Shown here: piece by piece, positions 57,524 to 64,000 of the stretch
Numbering within the stretch: position 1 is the stretch's first letter
Layout of the letters: every line of letters starts with the position of its first letter
Assembly: GCA_036676395.1 (NCBI GenBank)
Contig: JAKFCY010000002.1
Coordinates: 320,001 to 384,000, forward strand
Direction of reading: 5' to 3'
Length of the DNA stretch: 64,000 nucleotides
Source of the DNA: Bdellovibrio sp.
Lineage (GTDB): Bacteria > Bdellovibrionota > Bdellovibrionia > Bdellovibrionales > Bdellovibrionaceae
Notes under the pieces: model-generated
Database searches by the model: none
Told to the model about the DNA's origin: nothing
The model's input: the letters and a program-made list of their open reading frames with translations, nothing else
Translations under genes and position numbers: made by a program

Positions 57524-58594
57524 ATGTTCAAAAAAAGTTTATTATTATTTGCCGTCTTAGCTACTGGCCTATCGGCTTTAGCCGCAGAAACAGCTGCCCC
57601 AAAAGCAGCAGAAACAAAGCCTACAGAAAAAGAGCTAGTTATTTACTCAGCTCGTAAAGAAGAATTGATTAAACCACTTTTAGATCAATTTACTCAAAAA
57701 ACAGGTATTCCTGTAAAAATGTTATCTGATGATGCGCCAAAATTATTGGCTCGTATCGAATCAGAAGGAGCAGCATCTCCGGCTGATGTATTAATCACTG
57801 TTGATGTGGCGAACTTAAGCATCGCTAAAGACAAAGGTTTATTTGCAAAACTAAACTCGAAAACTTTAAACAAAAATGTTCCGGCTTTATACCGTGACAA
57901 AGACAGCGAGTGGTTTGGTTTAAGCAAACGTGTGCGCGCGGTTTTCTACAATAAAGAAAAAGTTAAACCAGAAGAATTATCTACTTATGAAGATTTAGCG
58001 GATGCAAAATGGAAAGGTAACATTTTAGCACGCTCTTCGGCTCACCCATACAATCAATCATTATTTGCTCATATCATTAAAGTTCACGGTGATAAATATG
58101 CATCTGACTGGGCAAAAGGTTTTGTTACTAATTTGGCTCGTCCTCCACAGGGTGGCGATTCTGATCAATTACGTGCTGTTGCCGCTGGCGAAGCTAAATT
58201 GGCAATCTCAAACAGTTACTATTACGGTAAAATGTTAACTTCAGAACTTCCTGAAGATAAATTAGTGGCGCAAAAAGTTGGAATCTTTTTCCCGAATCAA
58301 AAATCGGCAAAAGGCCAATTAAACGGCGTGCACGTGAATATCAGTGGTGGCGCTGTTCTTAAGACAAGTAAAAATGCGAAAAACGCACAAAAGCTTTTAG
58401 AATTTTTAAGCTCTGCTGAAGCGCAAGATTTATATGCAAGCTTGAATAAAGAATTTCCGGTATTAACAACTGCTAAATCTGATTCAGTCTTAGCTTCTTG
58501 GGGGCCGTTCAAAGAAGATAAAACTTTATTGCACTCTTGGGCACCTCATTCAAAACAAGCGACGTTAATTTCTGACCAAGTGGGTTGGAAGTAA
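57524..58594 (+). CDS. Fe3+ ABC transporter substrate-binding protein (FbpA/FutA-like)
   Basis: YSAR, SPADVLITVD, YEDLAD, YNQSL, NSYYYG, GVHVNISG; SD GAAAGGA before ATG 57524. Confidence 0.9.
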   Translation: MFKKSLLLFAVLATGLSALAAETAAPKAAETKPTEKELVIYSARKEELIKPLLDQFTQKTGIPVKMLSDDAPKLLARIESEGAASPADVLITVDVANLSIAKDKGLFAKLNSKTLNKNVPALYRDKDSEWFGLSKRVRAVFYNKEKVKPEELSTYEDLADAKWKGNILARSSAHPYNQSLFAHIIKVHGDKYASDWAKGFVTNLARPPQGGDSDQLRAVAAGEAKLAISNSYYYGKMLTSELPEDKLVAQKVGIFFPNQKSAKGQLNGVHVNISGGAVLKTSKNAKNAQKLLEFLSSAEAQDLYASLNKEFPVLTTAKSDSVLASWGPFKEDKTLLHSWAPHSKQATLISDQVGWK

Positions 58595-58598
58595 TTTC

Positions 58599-60194
58599 GT
58601 GCTTCGAGGAGCAGCGTTACTTTTTGCTGCTTTATGTATAGCGCCGCTTCTGGTGATAGCTACTGCTTGGTTAATTGCAGTTTCTCCAGAAACGGCTGAA
58701 GCTTGGCAACATGTCGTTAAGTATCTTTTAACAAGTTACATTATTGATACGCTGTTGTTAGGTTTCGGAGTTGCTTTCACGGCGGTGGTCGTAGGCGTAT
58801 CAACAGCGTGGGTGAGCTCACGCTTTTCTTTTTTTGGTCAATCTATTTTACAATTCGCGATGATCTTACCGTTGGCCGTACCGGCGTATGTTTCTGCGTA
58901 TTCTTATGGTTGGCTGTTTGAATATGCGGGCCCATTGCAAACTCTGTTGCGCGACTTTACCGGCTGGGAAAAAGGCGATTATTATTTTCCGCAATTTAGA
59001 AATCTTGGTGGAGCGATTATTGTCATTGGTTTTTCGACAGTGCCATACGTTTATTTATTAGCTCGCACGGCGTTTCTAACTCAGCCTTTAGAATGGTGGC
59101 AGGCCGCAAGTTCTATGGGATCTTATCCGCGCCATTTTTTCTGGCGTGTGGCGCTGCCTGCAGCCCGCCCATTTGTTTTTGCTGGTGGGTTATTGGCTTT
59201 AATGGAAGCTTTGGCTGACATCGGTACCGTGTCTATTATGGGCGTGCAAAGTTTCGGTGCTGGCATCTATCGAAGTTGGTTTTACCTAGGTGAACCCCTA
59301 GTTGCCGCGCGATTAGCAGCAGTACTTTTAATTTTTGTTTTTCTATTAATGTCGGTTGAAGCTTTTAATCGGCGCAAACAACGCTACAGTGCAATTATTC
59401 AAAATAATGAAATTAAAAAAATACCACTTACTTTCGGCAAAAGTATTTTCGCTTTTCTATTATGTCTTTTACCCGTGCTTGTCGGGTTTGTAATTCCGAT
59501 ATTAGTATTGTTGCGCTTATTAAGTTATAACAAAGTATTTTCAATGGCACTGTTAGACGGTGAATATGTTTGGCAAACTCTGCGTTTAGGTGGTCTTAGC
59601 GGTTTATTAGTTGCTGTAGTTGCCTTGGTTATGGCTTTAGCTGAACGTTTTTATCCTAAAGGTTGGCTTCGCTATTTTACCGCTTTAGCGAATGTAGGGT
59701 ATGCGATTCCCGGTGCGATTTTAGCAGTGGGATTAATGCTATTGTTTGGCTGGACGCAAAAATACTTTTCTGCAGATAGTTTTATGACAGCGACAATTGC
59801 TGCGTTACTCATTGCCTATGTTGTTCGTTTTGTGGCGACCGCTTATCAGCCCTTACGAAGTGGATTTACGCGCATACCCCAGGAATATGATCAGGCTTCG
59901 GCAGCTTTAGGAAAAAATAAATTAGTTACTTTTTTTCGCGTGCAATTACCTTTGTTATGGCTTCCGCTATCTGTAGCTTTTTTAGTCGTGTTCTTAGATA
60001 CAGTGAAAGAACTTTCGGCGACTTTAATTTTACGTCCTTTTGATGTAAAAAACTTAGCGATCGTGGCCTTTGAGTTTGCCAGCGATGATCGTCATGTTGA
60101 AGCCTCTCCGTATGCCTTAATTTTAATTGCGTTAAGCACAGTAGCTGTAATTATTTTATTTAAATTATACGATAAACTAAAGGTGTACCGATGA
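58599..60194 (+). CDS. Fe3+ ABC transporter permease (FbpB-like)
   Basis: LPLAVPAYV, PYVYLLAR, LMEALAD, GYAIPG, KELSATLILRPF. Confidence 0.9.
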   Translation: MLRGAALLFAALCIAPLLVIATAWLIAVSPETAEAWQHVVKYLLTSYIIDTLLLGFGVAFTAVVVGVSTAWVSSRFSFFGQSILQFAMILPLAVPAYVSAYSYGWLFEYAGPLQTLLRDFTGWEKGDYYFPQFRNLGGAIIVIGFSTVPYVYLLARTAFLTQPLEWWQAASSMGSYPRHFFWRVALPAARPFVFAGGLLALMEALADIGTVSIMGVQSFGAGIYRSWFYLGEPLVAARLAAVLLIFVFLLMSVEAFNRRKQRYSAIIQNNEIKKIPLTFGKSIFAFLLCLLPVLVGFVIPILVLLRLLSYNKVFSMALLDGEYVWQTLRLGGLSGLLVAVVALVMALAERFYPKGWLRYFTALANVGYAIPGAILAVGLMLLFGWTQKYFSADSFMTATIAALLIAYVVRFVATAYQPLRSGFTRIPQEYDQASAALGKNKLVTFFRVQLPLLWLPLSVAFLVVFLDTVKELSATLILRPFDVKNLAIVAFEFASDDRHVEASPYALILIALSTVAVIILFKLYDKLKVYR

Positions 60195-60835
60195 GTGTAA
60201 GACTAACGAATGTCACTTATAATTATCCGGCCGCAAATCGCGGTGTTAAAGATGTCTCATTCATTTTAGAGAGTGGTAAGATTGCCTGCTTGCTTGGCCC
60301 ATCCGGAGCTGGCAAGTCGACGCTGTTAAAAATTATTGCAGGGTTTGTGACTCCAGATCGGGGTGATGTTTTTATCCATGAACAAAAAGTAGCTACATCC
60401 GAAAAGATTATAATTCCTATTCAGAAACGTGAAATTGGGATTGTGTTTCAGCAACATGCACTTTTTCCGCATATGACCGTAGCAGATAATATTTTATACG
60501 GCTGTCGCAGAAAAAAAGCTGAACGCACAGATTTTTTAAATCAATTACTGCAAGAATTTAAAATTGAAATACATAAAAATAAGTTTCCTCATGAAATCTC
60601 GGGCGGTGAAGCCCAGCGTGTGGCCGTAGCCCGCGCGATAGCCTCTGAACCCAGAGTGCTTTTAATGGATGAGCCTTTTTCAAGTTTAGATCAAAGTTTA
60701 CGTTCACAAGTCGAACAGCAATGTTTAGCTATTATCCGTGAACGTAATCTAACAGCGCTGATTGTTACTCATGACGAAGCCAGCGCAAAAAACATGGGTG
60801 ATTTGATTATTCGTATCGACCAAGGTAGTGAGTAA
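60191..60835 (+). CDS. Fe3+ ABC transporter ATP-binding protein (FbpC-like)
   Basis: GPSGAGKST, ALFPHMT, SGGEAQR, LMDEPFS. Confidence 0.88.
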   Translation: MSVRLTNVTYNYPAANRGVKDVSFILESGKIACLLGPSGAGKSTLLKIIAGFVTPDRGDVFIHEQKVATSEKIIIPIQKREIGIVFQQHALFPHMTVADNILYGCRRKKAERTDFLNQLLQEFKIEIHKNKFPHEISGGEAQRVAVARAIASEPRVLLMDEPFSSLDQSLRSQVEQQCLAIIRERNLTALIVTHDEASAKNMGDLIIRIDQGSE

Positions 60836-60859
60836 AGGTTTTACATATTATTCCGATAA
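60833..60859 (+). promoter_or_regulatory. sigma28 promoter
   Basis: TAAAGGTT-N11-TCCGATAA, ending 6 nt before ATG 60866. Confidence 0.7.
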
Positions 60860-60865
60860 GTAGGT

Positions 60866-61255
60866 ATGAATGTAAAAAATCTGGCGGGTAACGCCATTAT
60901 TAATTCATTACCGGCTACTAAGGGGGCGAACGCCTCTGAAAAAACTATTAAGTCAGAAATGACTCATGATCGCGATGCCAATGGCCAGGCGATGTATCAA
61001 AAAAATAAGAAAAAAGAAAAGATGAGCCGCGAACAAGCTGAAAAGGCGATCGCTACTTTAAATGCAAAAACTTTCATGACCGATATGAAATGGATTGCAG
61101 TTCTTGTTGATGATGATGGATTTTTCTATGCTGAAGTGAAAGATCAAGAAGACAGTGTCATTCGTAAAATCGCAGAATTTGATCTATGGGAAGTCTTCGA
61201 TACTCCAGCGGCGGAGCACACGCAAAAAGGTAACTTACTTAAGCGTACTGCTTAG
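60866..61255 (+). CDS. FlaG-like flagellar protein
   Basis: EVKD..VIRKI and C-terminal GNLL..A; sigma28 promoter; near fliD. Confidence 0.55.
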   Translation: MNVKNLAGNAIINSLPATKGANASEKTIKSEMTHDRDANGQAMYQKNKKKEKMSREQAEKAIATLNAKTFMTDMKWIAVLVDDDGFFYAEVKDQEDSVIRKIAEFDLWEVFDTPAAEHTQKGNLLKRTA

Positions 61256-61283
61256 GGAAAAAAGAAATAAATGGCTTTGCCAT

Positions 61284-61568
61284 TTATTTTCTACCGCGAA
61301 TTCCTAAATTAGAAATAATTAATTTTTCATACTCTTTCATCAGAAAGTTAAACAACTGACGTTCAGGAATATCATATAATTTCATAAGCTTTTTTAAGAT
61401 GTCCCATGGAGGCGAGCATTTACCACGCTCCCAGTTAGAAACGAATTGCGACTTGCACTGGCAGGCCCGGGCAACGTCAATTTGGGTGAGATTTTGACTC
61501 TCGCGTTTGTCTTTTAGGTATTCGCCTAACTTACCAAAGTGCTGTTTTAGCGCATTTTTATTTTCCAT
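61284..61568 (-). CDS. XRE-family HTH transcriptional regulator
   Basis: LKDKRESQNLTQIDVA...QFVSNWERG. Confidence 0.88.
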   Translation of the reverse strand: MENKNALKQHFGKLGEYLKDKRESQNLTQIDVARACQCKSQFVSNWERGKCSPPWDILKKLMKLYDIPERQLFNFLMKEYEKLIISNLGIRGRK

Positions 61569-61764
61569 AAGGTCTAGAGAGTACGCGCTAAACGCTTTCT
61601 TCGTCTAGCTTTGCCGCTCCAAATCCAGAGCAAAGTCTAAGGGACATTTTTGCCCACTAAACCGATGTCCAAAGTTGGTCTAAAGACAAACCTTTGACTC
61701 ACGTTGATATAAGAAAATCTGCCATACTGATTCAAGAGTTATTGTTTTTCATGGAGGAAATACA

Positions 61765-63114
61765 GTGTCTATTCGCATTAGCGGCTTATCAGGTGGAGGG
61801 TTACCCCCAAATCTGGTCGATCAAGTGATCGAAGCAGAGCGCATGCCGTTAAAAAAGATGGAAGCTGACAAAGCTAAAATCGAAGACAAAGTAAAACTTG
61901 TTACCGAATTCGAAACAAAAATTAACGAAATTTTAAAAAACTTAAATTCAATCGTTGGCGCCCGCGGCTTTAGCGATATGAAATTCATGTCGGGATTTCC
62001 TGATATTATCGACGGACAAGTGGATCCGGCGTTAGCAGAATCGGGCGATTGGACTTTCGAAGTTCTGCAATTAGCAACTAAGCCGTCTATCGCTTCAAAC
62101 GGTGCACCTGATAAAGATACCTCTTCAATCGGTGTGGGTTATATCAAATTTGATACTCCAGAAGGCACACAAGAAGTTTATATTGATGCAGAAAATTCAA
62201 CTTTAGAAAAAGTAGCGGCAAAAATTAATGAAGCCGATGTGGGCGTAAAAGCTAACGTCATTAATGATAGAAAAGATAAAGTTGATAGCTTCAGATTGCA
62301 ATTAACAGGCGCTAAAACCGGTGATGACAATGCCGTTGAATTTCCGACAGTGTATATGGTCGACGGGGATTTCGACTTTGAATTTGATCAAACCCTACAA
62401 GCTAAGAATGCTAAATATAAATTAAACGGCCAAGAATTCGAATCAGCAGAAAATAAAATCACGGATGCTATTCCGGGTGTAATTTTAGATTTAAAACAAG
62501 CACGCGAAGGCACGCCAGTTAAATTATCTGTCAGTGAAAACTATGATGCTATCGGTGAAAAGATGAAAAATTTCGTCGATGCTTACAATGGCGCTTTAGG
62601 TTTTATCCAGGGACAAAACAAATTAACGCAAACCAAAGAAGGCGCCCAGCGCCTAGGGCCTTTAGGTGGCGACAGTATGTTGCGTATGACTGAAGGTCGC
62701 TTGCGCAGAATTATTCAAGATGTGCAAGACACGAACAGTTCGTACGAGCGTATTTTAGAATTAGGTGTCGAATTTAACCGTAACGGAACTCTGGATTATA
62801 AAGCTGACACCTTTAAAAAAGCCGTCGCAGAAGATCCGCGCGATGTGATCGAGTTTTTACGCGGAAATTTACAGAACACGGGATTTGTTACGAACATGCG
62901 TACACGCATTCGTGAAATCACAGATCCAACTGTTGGTGCTGTTGGAAACCGTAAAACCAGCATGCAGCGCCAAGTAACAGGTATAGATCAAAAAATTGAT
63001 AGAAAAGAAAAATCGCTCGAAAAGCGGGAAGAGTCTTTACGTCGCCAATTCGCAAAAATGGAAGAAGCAATGTCTAAGATGAATTCGCAGGGCGCAGCAA
63101 TAGGAAAGGGGTAA
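61765..63114 (+). CDS. fliD: Flagellar filament cap FliD
   Basis: N-terminal AER, VLQLA, IPGV, FVDAYN, LRRQFAKME. Confidence 0.93.
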   Translation: MSIRISGLSGGGLPPNLVDQVIEAERMPLKKMEADKAKIEDKVKLVTEFETKINEILKNLNSIVGARGFSDMKFMSGFPDIIDGQVDPALAESGDWTFEVLQLATKPSIASNGAPDKDTSSIGVGYIKFDTPEGTQEVYIDAENSTLEKVAAKINEADVGVKANVINDRKDKVDSFRLQLTGAKTGDDNAVEFPTVYMVDGDFDFEFDQTLQAKNAKYKLNGQEFESAENKITDAIPGVILDLKQAREGTPVKLSVSENYDAIGEKMKNFVDAYNGALGFIQGQNKLTQTKEGAQRLGPLGGDSMLRMTEGRLRRIIQDVQDTNSSYERILELGVEFNRNGTLDYKADTFKKAVAEDPRDVIEFLRGNLQNTGFVTNMRTRIREITDPTVGAVGNRKTSMQRQVTGIDQKIDRKEKSLEKREESLRRQFAKMEEAMSKMNSQGAAIGKG

Positions 63115-63123
63115 TAGAAGTTT

Positions 63124-63528
63124 ATGGCAGCAAATCCATATCAAAAGTACAAACAGACATCAATAACGAGTGCTTCACGTGAGCAGATCTTATTAATGTT
63201 ATATGAGGGCGCGATCAAGTTCACAAAACTTGCCATCCAGGCCGCAGAACAAAAAAAGGTGGCAGACCGCGGAACAAATTTAATGCGCGCGTATGACATC
63301 ATCATGGAACTCCAAGTGTCGCTGGACCACAAAGTTGGGGGCGATATCGCGAAACAACTCGATCAGTTGTATACGTTTGTTTTGGACCAATACACCAAGG
63401 CTAATATTTCTGGTGAAATTGAACCATTGAAGGCCGCATTAAAAGTAATCGAAAATCTATACGAAGGCTGGAAAGTCGCCGTCGAAAAATATAAAAAAGA
63501 TATGGAAGAAAAAGGGGGAACCGCATGA
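63124..63528 (+). CDS. fliS: Flagellin chaperone FliS
   Basis: ASREQILLMLYEGAI, ELQVSLD, LDQLY. Confidence 0.95.
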   Translation: MAANPYQKYKQTSITSASREQILLMLYEGAIKFTKLAIQAAEQKKVADRGTNLMRAYDIIMELQVSLDHKVGGDIAKQLDQLYTFVLDQYTKANISGEIEPLKAALKVIENLYEGWKVAVEKYKKDMEEKGGTA

Positions 63529-63923
63529 TCCGCATAGTTCAATTAATGACAGAGAAAAATCACTTCCTTGAGAAGTTCTACACGTTGAATGAGCAGCAGA
63601 TCATTAAACTTGAGAGTGGTAACTATGAAGATATCGAACCGTTTTATAATAAACGTGAAGATATGATCAATATTTTAAAATATATTGATTCAGAAATTAA
63701 CAAAGCTCATTTGCAGCACAAAGACATCAATGGTGTATTTGCTGAAACTGATAAACGGGCTTTGCGCGAGTGCATGCGTACTAAAGAATTGTTTGTAGGT
63801 AAAATTCTTGATCAGGATATGCAAGTTCTTGCCCTGATCGATGAAGCTAAATCTAAGATCATTCGCGAGTTACAAGACGTTCGGTTAGCAAAAAAAGCTA
63901 TGCACGGGTACAAGTCAGCCTAG
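63525..63923 (+). CDS. FliT-like helical flagellar protein
   Basis: Overlaps the fliS stop (ATGA); helical; IL..D and GY C-terminal pattern. Confidence 0.55.
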   Translation: MIRIVQLMTEKNHFLEKFYTLNEQQIIKLESGNYEDIEPFYNKREDMINILKYIDSEINKAHLQHKDINGVFAETDKRALRECMRTKELFVGKILDQDMQVLALIDEAKSKIIRELQDVRLAKKAMHGYKSA

Positions 63924-63933
63924 TGGCTGATTT

Positions 63934-63968
63934 GAAGAAGTTGCACAGCAACTTCTTCCTAGCCTTTT
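63934..63968 (+). terminator. Hairpin after fliD operon
   Basis: GAAGAAGTTG-CACAG-CAACTTCTTC. Confidence 0.45.
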
Positions 63969-64000
63969 GTTGGCCAAGTCAATTTACTGACTTGGTCGTC

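Noticed and set aside
61620..61715. sigma28 promoter for fliD
   Set aside because: Candidate -35/-10 pairs have 18-19 nt spacing rather than 15-16.

Overview
AT-rich chromosomal segment from a predatory Bdellovibrionota bacterium (Bdellovibrio/Pseudobdellovibrio-like; inferred from gene content such as the TIGR02147-type regulator, GG-motif secreted protein, flgF-flgL-csrA-fliW operon and multiple short flagellins). In order: an OvoA-type sulfoxide synthase fused to a group II PLP decarboxylase (open at the window edge) coupled to a class-V PLP C-S lyase; two tandem Cys/Gly-rich secreted paralogues behind a sigma28-like promoter; aspartate kinase and a lytic transglycosylase; a sigma54-driven flagellar operon (flgFGAHIJMNKL, csrA, fliW); an ABCC/MRP-like full-length ABC transporter; rmuC; a menaquinone cluster with a MenC-MenE fusion; citrate synthase, MOSC and HIT genes; a structured RNA with a small ORF ahead of a catalytically degenerate ALDH; ddl, nth, a thiamine ABC transporter; three flagellins interrupted by a HUH/RAYT-like transposase with GGGC-ACC-GCCC hairpin repeats; an Fe3+ ABC transporter; and flaG, an XRE regulator, fliD and fliS. 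No rRNA, tRNA or CRISPR array was seen. The best novel-system candidate is the OvoA-decarboxylase/lyase operon, which could make a decarboxylated thiohistidine. All calls come from reading motifs by eye; no database searches were run.
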